A model generated the notes under the pieces. The model had not been told where the DNA came from and ran no database searches. It saw only the letters and a program-made list of their open reading frames with translations. A DNA stretch of 64,000 bases from an uncultured Gammaproteobacteria bacterium (GTDB lineage Bacteria; Patescibacteriota; Microgenomatia; Levybacterales; GWA1-39-11): positions 121,149-185,148 of the forward strand of contig CAZIAP010000001.1 in NCBI GenBank assembly GCA_964537315.1. The letters run 5' to 3'. Of the stretch, positions 29,055 to 38,039 are shown in pieces (positions within the stretch are counted from its first letter, which is position 1; each line of letters begins with the position of its first letter). Both the position numbers and the translations under genes were made by a program.

Positions 29055-29094
29055 CAAAAAAACAGATAAATAGACAATTAAGCCTATTTATCTG
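29055..29094 (-). terminator. Rho-independent terminator for the minus-strand stress-protein gene
   Basis: Perfect 11-bp stem CAGATAAATAG / CTATTTATCTG, followed on the minus strand by a T-run. Confidence 0.7.
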
Positions 29095-29110
29095 CTGTGT
29101 GGATTATCGT

Positions 29111-29377
29111 TTAGCGGCTTCCTCCTTTTCTACCTGCTTCAGATGCGCGTTCTGGGTCATTTTTGAAGTTTCCTCCACTTTCTGATCCACCACGGCTTCT
29201 TTCTTCAGTAGTCAGTTCGTGTGCATGTCCACTCTTCTGTGCAGCTTGTCCGCCTTTTCTACCGATCTCGCTCATATCTTGTTTAGATGAACTAGCTTGA
29301 CCGCCCTTACTACGGGCTTTCTCAGCAGTAGCTTCATCATAGTTCTCTGATGCAAATCCTCTGTTGCTATTTGCCAT
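29111..29377 (-). CDS. KGG-repeat general stress protein (YciG/con-10-like)
   Basis: Repeated RKGGQA / SKGGQAS / GRKGG segments (KGG domain). Start placed at MANSNRG because of the AGGGGGTG RBS. Confidence 0.7.
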   Translation of the reverse strand: MANSNRGFASENYDEATAEKARSKGGQASSSKQDMSEIGRKGGQAAQKSGHAHELTTEERSRGGSESGGNFKNDPERASEAGRKGGSR

Positions 29378-29544
29378 ATTTTTCACCCCCTTTAAAGTTC
29401 AAATGTTTCTGCTTATATATCAACATGGATTGATATGTTACTCAATTAGCGTAAAAGTTTAATCATAGAATTGCACGGTACTCGTAAGTAAGCAGGCAAG
29501 TTTATATCTTTTTTCTTACGAACTCAAGATATAATAAGTTTTTT

Positions 29545-30225
29545 ATGATTCCAATTTCAGATTCAGTTAAATCACTTAAGTTTCCATTATTTAATCTTGC
29601 GATTATTGCTTTAAATATTTATGTATTCTATTTAATGCTTACATCTCCAGATATTGAGGCGTTTATTAATACCTTTGCACTAATACCTGCACAAGTTAAT
29701 TTTTCTGATACAAATAGTCTAATCCCATTTGTTACATCTATTTTTTTACATGGGGGATTTTTGCATATCGCGTCAAATATGTTGTTTTTATGGGTTTTTG
29801 GCGATAACATTGAATCTCATTTCGGCAAACTATGGTATCTGATGATATTTTTTATATCCGGTATTGCAGGTGGACTTGCGCAGTATATTTTTAACCCTGA
29901 CTCTCAGATACCAATGTTAGGAGCATCAGGGGCAGTATCTGGAATCTTGGGCGCATATTATGTCTCCCATCCCCACGCAAAAATAAGATCTATCGTGTTC
30001 ATTTTCTTTTTTGTAACTATACTGAAAGTTCCAGCATCAATTTATATACTCTATTGGTTTGGTTTACAGGTATTATCAGGATTTTTATCTATTGGAGAAG
30101 GTGATGTTGGCGGAATTGCGTTTTGGGCACATGTCGGTGGATTTATCGCAGGAGTTGTATTGGCAAAAATTGGAAATAAAGAGTATCATGAAGGAATAAT
30201 TGAAGGTGAATTCGAGGAAGTCTAA
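29545..30225 (+). CDS. Rhomboid family intramembrane serine protease
   Basis: HGGFLHIASNMLFLWVFG and the catalytic GASGAVSG...H motifs in a 6-TM protein. Confidence 0.85.
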   Translation: MIPISDSVKSLKFPLFNLAIIALNIYVFYLMLTSPDIEAFINTFALIPAQVNFSDTNSLIPFVTSIFLHGGFLHIASNMLFLWVFGDNIESHFGKLWYLMIFFISGIAGGLAQYIFNPDSQIPMLGASGAVSGILGAYYVSHPHAKIRSIVFIFFFVTILKVPASIYILYWFGLQVLSGFLSIGEGDVGGIAFWAHVGGFIAGVVLAKIGNKEYHEGIIEGEFEEV

Positions 30226-30269
30226 ACTAGTTATTAGTTAGTGCTTTGTTTATTTTAAATTAGAGAATT

Positions 30270-30464
30270 ATGGACATTGGTAGAGTTTTAATATTTATAG
30301 GTATAACATTAATAGTTGCTGGGGTAATTTTTACATTTTTACCCAAACTTCCCGGAGATATTTATGTGAGAAGAGGAAATTTTACTTTCTTTTTCCCCAT
30401 AGTCACGTCAATTATTATCAGTATTATATTGACTATTCTTATAAATATTTTTCTTAGAAAATAG
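30270..30464 (+). CDS. DUF2905 family small membrane protein
   Basis: 64 aa: ...FLPKLPGDIYVRRGNFTFFFPIVTSIIISIILT matches the DUF2905 pattern. Confidence 0.55.
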   Translation: MDIGRVLIFIGITLIVAGVIFTFLPKLPGDIYVRRGNFTFFFPIVTSIIISIILTILINIFLRK

Positions 30465-30530
30465 CATTAAATAAGTAATAAATTTGCAGTTATTGACACG
30501 AATTTATGTACTACGTATAGTTAAAATAAG

Positions 30531-31007
30531 ATGAAATGTCGTAAATGTGAAAAAGACTTAGTTTCATCAAGTAGGCATTTAAATTGTCCCAGTTGTAGGA
30601 AAAAGTTATACAAAAATAAATGTCCATTATGTAATAGTTTAAAGCAAAGAAAATCCGCTCGTTGCATACACTGTTTAAATAAAAGCAAACAATATCCATT
30701 TTCTAATAAAAAGCATATTAATAAGAGTGGATATGTATATGTATATTACCGTTCTCATCCTTATTGTGACAAAGAAGGAAGAATTCTAGAACATAGGTTA
30801 GTAATGGAAGAAAAACTTGGTAGATATTTATTGCCTACTGAAAGCGTTCACCATAAAAATGGAATAAGAAGTGATAATCGTATTGAAAATTTAGAATTAT
30901 GGGTCAATTCGCAACCGACTGGCACTAGAGTCGAAGATGTAGTAAAATGGGCACAGGAAATCATAGATTTATATGGTGATGTTAGCTCAGTTGGCCTAGA
31001 GCGCTAG
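30531..31007 (+). CDS. HNH (HNH_3-type) endonuclease with an N-terminal Cys-rich zinc-ribbon region
   Basis: CRKCEKDL..CPSC..CPLC...CIHC, then YVYVYY...EHRLVMEEKLGR...VHHKNGIRSDNRIENLELW (the HNH_3 motif). The 3' end (30975..31007) overlaps tRNA-His. Confidence 0.7.
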   Translation: MKCRKCEKDLVSSSRHLNCPSCRKKLYKNKCPLCNSLKQRKSARCIHCLNKSKQYPFSNKKHINKSGYVYVYYRSHPYCDKEGRILEHRLVMEEKLGRYLLPTESVHHKNGIRSDNRIENLELWVNSQPTGTRVEDVVKWAQEIIDLYGDVSSVGLER

Positions 31008-31053
31008 GTTGTGGTCCTAGAGGTCGCCGGTTCGAATCCGGTACGTCACCCCA
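30975..31053 (+). tRNA. tRNA-His (anticodon GTG) with G-1 and an encoded CCA
   Basis: G(-1)gtgatgt acceptor; D-arm gctc-agttggccta-gagc; anticodon arm ctagg-ttGTGgt-cctag; T-arm gccgg-ttcgaat-ccggt; acgtcac plus C73, then CCA. Confidence 0.8.
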
Positions 31054-31069
31054 AATAGTCCTATAGCAC

Positions 31070-31098
31070 TTGACATTTAGCCTTTTTTCTGCTACAAT
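31070..31098 (+). promoter_or_regulatory. Consensus sigma70 promoter (TTGACA-N17-TACAAT), copy 1 of a duplicated ~42-nt block
   Basis: ctatagcacTTGACAtttagccttttttctgcTACAATtcac. A near-identical block sits at 31513..31554. Confidence 0.55.
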
Positions 31099-31140
31099 TC
31101 ACAAATCTTTATCTTCTTGGATTAGGAAAAGGAGTTCGTC

Positions 31141-31341
31141 ATGAAAGACTACAATTTTCCTGTATATGGCACCCAAGGTGGTGGACTTGCCAGGGAGGTA
31201 AACGGCACGTTTATCTTTGTCGAGAAGCCTGATGTGTCCGGGCTTGATGTCGGGGACGAAGTTCCCGAGATGTGGGGACTGATTCCAGCAAATGCACTCG
31301 CGCTGGATAAAGAGCGAGACGCAAGCTATTACGGCATCTAG
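31141..31341 (+). CDS. Hypothetical small protein in a locally GC-rich islet
   Basis: 66 aa with an AAAGGAG RBS. Its codon usage is visibly GC-richer than the surrounding genes. A GC-rich hairpin (GGGCGCGC...GCGCGCCC) follows. Confidence 0.4.
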   Translation: MKDYNFPVYGTQGGGLAREVNGTFIFVEKPDVSGLDVGDEVPEMWGLIPANALALDKERDASYYGI

Positions 31342-31522
31342 TCGAACACACTATAATTAATCTTGGCACTAATTGTGCCTCAGGGCGCGCAAGTAAGTCG
31401 GAAAAATCCGACCGAACGCGCGCCCATTTTCGACTATAAAGTGAAGAGATGATCGTAGTTTAGTAAGTTTTAATAGTATCGGTCCTTAGTTATTATTGTT
31501 CAGGAATAACAACCTATAGCAA

Positions 31523-31551
31523 TTGACTTTTAGCCTCTTTTTTGATAGAAT
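31523..31551 (+). promoter_or_regulatory. Consensus-like promoter (TTGACT-N17-TAGAAT), copy 2. It predicts a leaderless transcript.
   Basis: ctatagcaaTTGACTtttagcctcttttttgaTAGAATtcactccATG. The ATG at 31559 is about 7-8 nt after the -10 box. Confidence 0.5.
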
Positions 31552-31558
31552 TCACTCC

Positions 31559-32218
31559 ATGAATAAAGAATCCTCTGCTATTCTTATCCATGCCAGTGGT
31601 GTGGATGAAACACGGCCTGATTTTCCTGATACTGTTGCTCGTCAGTCCGCTCTTGCAGCTGCTGAGTTGTATAGGCAGGACCGAGAGAATACATATCTTG
31701 TAATAAATGCTGGAATGCATGACGATACAGTGCTATCAGAAAATCTCGCGAATCATATTAGACGACTACTCCGTGCAGAAACAAACCCTGAAGTGGATGA
31801 TCATTTAATTGTTCATAACACTGCTCGTGATACTCACAATGAAGTATTGAATTTCAAGTCAGTTAGTGAAGTTAATAATTGGGATAAACTATATGACCTT
31901 GGTCCTGAATCCCAATATTCACGAAGAGAGCGGGCAGTAAATCGTATAATGCCAAATAAAATTCCTTCGGAGAACATTATTAACGCAGAAGATGTGTTAA
32001 GAAATATGAATGAGGAAAGATATAGTAAAGTTATTGAATTCGTACACAGTACTCCTAAATATAAATCATTTGCGATTTATAATAAGGGTTTGGATATTAT
32101 TGATGGATTGCCTTTAGGAGGGGCAATGCTTAATATTATGAGTAAAGTAGTTTCAAATGAATCAAAAACTGCTGTAGGAAAGCTAATTAATCAGGTACGA
32201 AATGTAATGCATCGTTAA
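31559..32218 (+). CDS. DUF218/YdcF-like domain protein (diverged)
   Basis: Start moved to the ATG at 31559 (leaderless). ILIHASGVD...RQSALAAAELYRQDRENTYLVINAG...SENLANHIRRLL...DHLIVHNTARDTHNEV matches the DUF218 (YdcF/ElyC/SanA) pattern. Confidence 0.45.
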   Translation: MNKESSAILIHASGVDETRPDFPDTVARQSALAAAELYRQDRENTYLVINAGMHDDTVLSENLANHIRRLLRAETNPEVDDHLIVHNTARDTHNEVLNFKSVSEVNNWDKLYDLGPESQYSRRERAVNRIMPNKIPSENIINAEDVLRNMNEERYSKVIEFVHSTPKYKSFAIYNKGLDIIDGLPLGGAMLNIMSKVVSNESKTAVGKLINQVRNVMHR

Positions 32219-32426
32219 AATAGAAATTCGCTACAATATCTTGAATTTCAGACCTAAGTCTCTATGGCTTTATCGCTAAGGACTCTAAGCTTTCTAGACT
32301 TAAGTACGTATATTGAACTATCTCATTAAAAGACGGCACAGAAACCTTTTGAGTCTTTTGAATAAATTGTACCCAGAAGTATTTGAAAAGATTGTACAAA
32401 CATATGTCTTCAGTTAAAATGAAATT

Positions 32427-32870
32427 ATGAAAGAACTGCAATTTTCAATTGAGATAAATGCGTCTAAAGAAAATGTATGGGATACTCTATGGCAAGACGA
32501 AACATTTCGAGAATGGGCAAGTATCATTGATCCAGGAACATGCTTGGTTGGAGATTTGAAAGAAGGCAGTGAAATACAGTTTATCTCTGAAAGCGGGTAC
32601 GGTGTAACAAGTCTAGTGGAGAAACTAGTTGTAGGTGAATTTCTGTTGCTAAGACATAGCGCAGATACACAAGATGAGGGCAAACAGGAGCGTGAAAAAG
32701 AATGGACAGGTGGCGAGGAAAGTTATAGACTTGTAGAAAAAAACGGCACCACGACTTTAACTGTTGCATTCGATGTTCCGCCAGAATTGGAAGAATATTT
32801 TAAAGACAACTATCCTAAAGCTCTGGAGAGAGTTAAAGAATTGACGGAAAATAAATATGTCAGCAATTAA
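32427..32870 (+). CDS. SRPBCC (START/AHSA1-like) superfamily protein
   Basis: 147 aa: N-terminal ...ASKENVWDTLWQDETFREW... is typical of AHSA1/SRPBCC ligand-binding proteins. Confidence 0.55.
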   Translation: MKELQFSIEINASKENVWDTLWQDETFREWASIIDPGTCLVGDLKEGSEIQFISESGYGVTSLVEKLVVGEFLLLRHSADTQDEGKQEREKEWTGGEESYRLVEKNGTTTLTVAFDVPPELEEYFKDNYPKALERVKELTENKYVSN

Positions 32871-33408
32871 TTTTAAAACTAAACTTTACAAAATTAAAGG
32901 TTGGACAATTCTAAGATTACCTGAAGAAGCATCGGCAAAACTTCCATCTAGAGGTATGACTATGGTAGCAGGAACGTTTAATAATGTTCCATTTAAAGCT
33001 CTTCTTGAACCGGACGGGAGATATGCACCAGGACAAAAGCCAAGCCATTGGTTTAGTCCTAATAATACCTTGCTTGAGAAAGCAAAGGCGTCTGTAGGAG
33101 ATATGGTGCATGTCACACTCCAGTCAACAAAAGAATGGATAGATCCGGATGTTCCAGCTGATTTAAAAAAAGCTCTCGATACTTCTCCAAAAGCAGAGGC
33201 ATTATGGAATGATATTACTCCACTCGCCCGTTGGGATTGGGTACGTTGGATACGTGCAGTAAAAACTGAGGAAACGAGGAAAAAGCATATTGATGTTGCG
33301 CTGGACAAACTAAACAAAGGAATACGAAGGCCATGTTGTTTTAACCGTAATCTTTGTAGCGAACCTGCAGTATCAAAAAACTGGAGATTGCTCGATCCCA
33401 CTTCATAG
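32857..33408 (+). CDS. DUF1905 plus YdeI/OmpD-associated family protein
   Basis: N-terminal DUF1905-like beta region; C-terminal ALWNDITPLARWDWVRWIRAVKTEETRKKHI matches the YdeI/OmpD-associated family (PF13376). Confidence 0.55.
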   Translation: MSAINFKTKLYKIKGWTILRLPEEASAKLPSRGMTMVAGTFNNVPFKALLEPDGRYAPGQKPSHWFSPNNTLLEKAKASVGDMVHVTLQSTKEWIDPDVPADLKKALDTSPKAEALWNDITPLARWDWVRWIRAVKTEETRKKHIDVALDKLNKGIRRPCCFNRNLCSEPAVSKNWRLLDPTS

Positions 33409-33456
33409 ATACATCACAATGAGTCCAAGAGATAGAAATATTTCTATTTGGAATTG

Positions 33457-34614
33457 CTATGCATTAGCTTGAGATTTATGCAAGGATAACGGAGTTATCA
33501 ATCCGTCCAGCGCTCTACTCTTATCAACATTTGTTTGCGAATTAACACGTTTTGATATATTTTTAACGATCGCTCGAATAAGTTGCTTTGATTTGCGTTC
33601 ATTTTTTTTGAGAGAAACGTTCCAATCCAGACCAGGTCCTGAATTTCCTTCTATCAAGTAGACGTTGCCACGGTCGCTTATGATAAAGTCTAAAGCGTAT
33701 AAAGAATTAGGTACATTGATGCGATGTGCAATATGATTAGAAAGATTAAGTACCTTAGGTGGAAGTTCGTTTAGCGAAATATATTCAAGCAATCCACCCA
33801 TGTGCTCGTTGCATCTAAATTCATTTTCTGTAGCAATACGAAGATATGTTTGGATCGCTTTACCGTCTAGATATATCACTCTGATATCTATAAAACCTGA
33901 ATAATTTTTGTATTGATAACCATTTTGAAATTTTGTGAAAGGTTGGATTGCAAAATTTATATTTGGGTTTTTTAACAGTATACTCTGTAGTTCTTTAACT
34001 GAGTTTTCTGCCTTAACAATATAAATATTGTGTCCACCTGCTCCGTGTCTGTCTTTTATAATAATGTCTGAAGAGAAATCTTTTTTATTAGGGTGCTTTG
34101 CTACCAGCGTCTCTAACTTATGTAATGCTGTGCGAATGTCATTCTGAGTATTTTTATGAATTGATACGGTTGGGATGGCAAACTCATTGAGTTCATCATA
34201 TGTGGCTTGTTTATCAAAAAATAGGTTATATAGCTTCGAGGGATTAAACGGTTTTACTGATGGATTATCAAAGAGTGCAGCTCGAACATTCTTTCTCTTT
34301 TTTGTTGTTGGAGAAAACTTATCAAATATAAAGTTTGAAAAACAAGGCTTTACTACTTTTACCCATTGATTGTCTTCAAAAATCCAATAGCTATTAAATC
34401 TTCCCTGTTTGAAGTCACCTGATGTTGTTAAAGCTGCATTTATCTGCATATTTTTGCAACTCTCAAGAAAATATGCGTATGCATGATTATAGTCCTGATC
34501 TTTATTTTCAAACGGTATAACTGACGATGATGAGGAGGCGCTTGAAGCAATTTCGTCGTTGTATACAATCAGTGTGTCAAATATTTTTATTCTATTCATG
34601 GTCATACTAGTCAA
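33457..34614 (-). CDS. ATP-grasp fold protein (YheC/YheD-like)
   Basis: IIKDRHGAGGHNIYIV and the C-terminal YLIEGNSGPGLD (ATP-grasp E-x-N..PG block) motifs. Confidence 0.45.
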   Translation of the reverse strand: MTSMTMNRIKIFDTLIVYNDEIASSASSSSSVIPFENKDQDYNHAYAYFLESCKNMQINAALTTSGDFKQGRFNSYWIFEDNQWVKVVKPCFSNFIFDKFSPTTKKRKNVRAALFDNPSVKPFNPSKLYNLFFDKQATYDELNEFAIPTVSIHKNTQNDIRTALHKLETLVAKHPNKKDFSSDIIIKDRHGAGGHNIYIVKAENSVKELQSILLKNPNINFAIQPFTKFQNGYQYKNYSGFIDIRVIYLDGKAIQTYLRIATENEFRCNEHMGGLLEYISLNELPPKVLNLSNHIAHRINVPNSLYALDFIISDRGNVYLIEGNSGPGLDWNVSLKKNERKSKQLIRAIVKNISKRVNSQTNVDKSRALDGLITPLSLHKSQANA

Positions 34615-34820
34615 TTCAATGTTAATAAAGCACGGTAGGGCTTCTTACGCAAATATACTATAAGTCTTGTGAAGAGATGCGGTGTTCACGTAAAAAGATT
34701 AGTCTTTGATGAACAAAAATCTCACTGAGAAGCGTCTATCTAATATGTTTAGTATACCACATATCACCTCCTTTTGCTAATGTGTCTAAGTCTAAAAAAT
34801 AATATGGGATAGGAAATATC

Positions 34821-36164
34821 TTAACTAATCGTAACTGTTTCGCCTTTAACCGGAAGATGTGTTTTAACTGTAGGAATATCTCTCATAATTTTGTCTTGGA
34901 GTGCTCTTCTTTTTTCATCTTCACCATGTACTAAGAAAACTGTCTCCACTCCTTCAATATGCTTAAGCCAGTTGAGTAGTTTTGGTTCATCAGCGTGTGA
35001 GCTCATGGACTCAATTTTTGTAATAGTAGCGTTAACTTGCACCTCTTCATCAAAAAGTGGAATCTGTCTTGCACCTTCTTCTAATTGCCTTCCCAGTGTT
35101 CCTTCAGCCTGGTAACCAACTATTAACAACCTAGTATTATGCTTGGATATATAATTCTTAAGATGAAAATGAACTCTGCCCCCATTCATCATCCCGCTTC
35201 CTGCAATTATTACTTTTGGACCTTCTGTATGAAGAATTTCTTTGCTTTTCTGAGATGTTGGCGTGCTGATTAGAGATTTGTATTCAAAAGGCTCGACGTC
35301 TTGTGCAAGTTCGTCGTTATAAAGATTAGGATATTTTTTAAATATTTCTGTAACAGCAATTGCCATGGGGCTGTCTACAAAAATTGGAGTGCTTGCATTG
35401 ATTTTTTTCTGTTGTACGAGATGTCCGATTCGGTGGATAACCTCTTGAGTACGCTCAATAGAAAAAGCCGGAATGATTAACGTGCCGTTTGTCTGTTCTA
35501 CCTCATTAATTTCGTGTTGTAGTAAAGCATATATATCTTCCTGGGTGTGATTTCTTCCTCCGTATGTAGATTCCATTACGACAATTTCAGCTTTTGAAAT
35601 TAGTTCAGTTGGCTTAACTATATCTTCAGGAGTATTGCCTAAATCTCCACTGAAAACAACTGTTTTACCGTCAGGACAGTGTACCTCTATACTTGCAGAA
35701 CCTAGGATATGCCCTGCGTCTCTGAAAATTACTTCAAAGTCCGCAATTTTAAATGGTTCTCTATACTCCACTGTCTTAATCATCTCCATGACGACATCAA
35801 CATCTTCTATCGTATAGATAGGTTCGATCTGCTCTTCTTCCTCTTTTCTTTCTGCGATCTTTGCTGAGTCATTGAGGGAGATCTCAACGATGTCTTTTGT
35901 TGCTTTAGTCATATATATATTACCGGCAAACCCTTGCTTTGCAAGTAGAGGCAATCTGCCACAGTGGTCAAGATGAGCATGGGTAATTAAAACGGCCTCA
36001 ATACTTCGAGCATCAAAGGGAAGTTCAGATTTATTTTCCTGCTCTGTTTTTTCATCTTCTTGAAACAAGCCTAAGTCAATGACAACAGATGAACCTCCTG
36101 ACTCTAATAACGAACACGATCCCGTGACGGTTGATGAAGCTCCAAAAAAAGTGAGGTTAGACAT
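34821..36164 (-). CDS. MBL-fold metallo-hydrolase of the beta-CASP family (RNA-metabolising, CPSF/Ysh1-like)
   Basis: HAHLDHCGRLP motif 2, DAGH motif, beta-CASP region and the C-terminal conserved His motif (VHGE). 447 aa. Confidence 0.75.
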   Translation of the reverse strand: MSNLTFFGASSTVTGSCSLLESGGSSVVIDLGLFQEDEKTEQENKSELPFDARSIEAVLITHAHLDHCGRLPLLAKQGFAGNIYMTKATKDIVEISLNDSAKIAERKEEEEQIEPIYTIEDVDVVMEMIKTVEYREPFKIADFEVIFRDAGHILGSASIEVHCPDGKTVVFSGDLGNTPEDIVKPTELISKAEIVVMESTYGGRNHTQEDIYALLQHEINEVEQTNGTLIIPAFSIERTQEVIHRIGHLVQQKKINASTPIFVDSPMAIAVTEIFKKYPNLYNDELAQDVEPFEYKSLISTPTSQKSKEILHTEGPKVIIAGSGMMNGGRVHFHLKNYISKHNTRLLIVGYQAEGTLGRQLEEGARQIPLFDEEVQVNATITKIESMSSHADEPKLLNWLKHIEGVETVFLVHGEDEKRRALQDKIMRDIPTVKTHLPVKGETVTIS

Positions 36165-36262
36165 GGTTTATTCAGTATAACAAACTATTATTATTAAATT
36201 CATCTGATATAATTCGGAATACGTTAAGTTTTAGTATTTGTACTTTGAAATAAGGAGGAGTT

Positions 36263-37069
36263 GTGTCACTTTTCAACGTGGCTACACTGAATATTTCTGG
36301 CTGGAGAATGTCAGGCCAAAATTCGTGGAATGAAAGACGGCTTAACGCCGTAAATTTCATAAGCCAATACTCACCTGACATAATCGGTTTCCAAGAACTC
36401 CATCTGAGCAATGTGTTTTACTTAACTGAGAGGATAGAAAATGTGAACTTTTGGATGGGAATAGATGAAGGAAATGGGATGATTCCCAATACGATTGCAG
36501 TAAACAGCCGCCGTTTTTTTTGTGTACTCAGTGAGTCGGTTTGGCTTAGTGATACCCCTTATATTAAAAGCAAAGGTTGGAATTCTCAGGACCCCAGGGT
36601 GTGTTCAATATATCATCTCTGGGACTTACAAGATAACCGACAGCTTGTTGTGGTAAATACTCACCTTGATCATGTAAGTGAAGAAGCAAGAGTCAATGGC
36701 TCTAAAATGATATTGGGCGAGTTATCAGAACTTGATATATATATGCCGGTTGTTATAACTGGCGACTTTAATTGCGATACATATGCGCCGTTTGAGGGAG
36801 TTCAGTATACAGGTACTCCTAATGAGATATTCAGTTATGCGGGATTCAACGATGCCTGGTATGCAAGAAATAACCAATACCCACCACCCAATACCTTTAA
36901 TGGATTTAAAGGGAGTAAGTATGAAGGAGGAAATCATGGTACCTGGAGGGTTGATTGGATACTTGCCAAAAACCTTAATGTTATTTCGTGCGAGATTGTA
37001 ACTCAACCAGATGATCAGTTAATTAGCGATCATTACCCGGTTATTGCAATGCTCGACTACCAAGACTAG
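36263..37069 (+). CDS. Endonuclease/exonuclease/phosphatase (EEP) family protein
   Basis: LNISGW...IIGFQELH...TGDFN...SDHYPV motifs. Confidence 0.7.
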   Translation: MSLFNVATLNISGWRMSGQNSWNERRLNAVNFISQYSPDIIGFQELHLSNVFYLTERIENVNFWMGIDEGNGMIPNTIAVNSRRFFCVLSESVWLSDTPYIKSKGWNSQDPRVCSIYHLWDLQDNRQLVVVNTHLDHVSEEARVNGSKMILGELSELDIYMPVVITGDFNCDTYAPFEGVQYTGTPNEIFSYAGFNDAWYARNNQYPPPNTFNGFKGSKYEGGNHGTWRVDWILAKNLNVISCEIVTQPDDQLISDHYPVIAMLDYQD

Positions 37070-37268
37070 GGTTTTGGGGGGCTTTCTAAGTCCCCCATCT
37101 TTAAATTTCTTCTTACCAGAATCTTACATGATCATAACTTAGTTTTTGCAGCATTCACACAGTGGAACGTTAATATAAAGCAGTATGAGACAAGTAATGT
37201 CTCCAGAATTTGGAGCAAACTAAAAATTTATTAAGTTGCAAGCGTATTTCGTCTTATATAGGCAGGAG

Positions 37269-37985
37269 TCAGTTTAATTTACATACGTAAAATACTCTGC
37301 CCGATTTGTTGGTAATACGTTTCCTGTACGGATCTATCCTTTTTAGAATCGTAAAGTTTTCCTTGAGTTGTTGCTCTACTTTGTCTAGAGGGAAAGAGGA
37401 TTCGTAGACTTTCTCTTCTGTGTAAATGATATCCTTCTTTTTGATATCTTCAATTAACTGAAACTTAACATAATATAAGTTTTCTTTATCCTTATTTACT
37501 TTCATTACAGCTACAGTATCTGAATTTAGTTTAAGTGCGTTTGCGTCAAATGTTGATAATGTTTCGAGTCTAACTAAAGTATTCATATCAAATATAAATA
37601 TGCCCTCATCGGATAGATGTTTAGAGACATTGGAAAAGAGCTTCTTCCACTCTGGAAAAGTCGTTAGGTGATTTATCGAGTCAAAGATGCAAAGTATTGC
37701 GTCAAATTTACGAGAAAGTGAAAATGAGGTCATATCGTCCTGATAAAAATTAGCGTTAGGGACTTGATTTTGAGCAATTGAAAGCATTCCTTCTGAGTTG
37801 TCCAGTCCATGAAGGTCATAATATTTTGGAAGACTTTTTAATATGTTGCCAGTTCCACAGCCGAGTTCTAGAATACTTGAGCGTTTCGAAACAAACTGTC
37901 TCACCAATTTATTAGTTGTATTAGTAATACTTGAATAGTCTCCCATCAGGGAATTATAATACTGGGAAAGCTTGCGACTGTACAT
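37269..37985 (-). CDS. Class I SAM-dependent methyltransferase
   Basis: ILELGCGTGNIL motif I and ILCIFDSINHL. Confidence 0.7.
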   Translation of the reverse strand: MYSRKLSQYYNSLMGDYSSITNTTNKLVRQFVSKRSSILELGCGTGNILKSLPKYYDLHGLDNSEGMLSIAQNQVPNANFYQDDMTSFSLSRKFDAILCIFDSINHLTTFPEWKKLFSNVSKHLSDEGIFIFDMNTLVRLETLSTFDANALKLNSDTVAVMKVNKDKENLYYVKFQLIEDIKKKDIIYTEEKVYESSFPLDKVEQQLKENFTILKRIDPYRKRITNKSGRVFYVCKLN

Positions 37986-38039
37986 ATCAGGATATTATAC
38001 TGTACGTCAGTATAACTTATCTATACAATTAAAGTACAT

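Noticed and set aside
31384-31427. GC-clamped compound hairpin after the GC-rich small ORF, considered as a structured ncRNA or riboswitch
   Set aside because: The simplest explanation is a transcription terminator for the 31141..31341 gene. The stem is followed by only a short U-tract.
34736-34775. 7-codon mini-ORF (MWYTKHIR*) on the minus strand behind a strong AAAGGAGGTG site upstream of the ATP-grasp gene. Considered as a leader peptide or attenuator.
   Set aside because: Too short and unconstrained. No obvious alternative terminator/antiterminator pairings follow. Likely chance.
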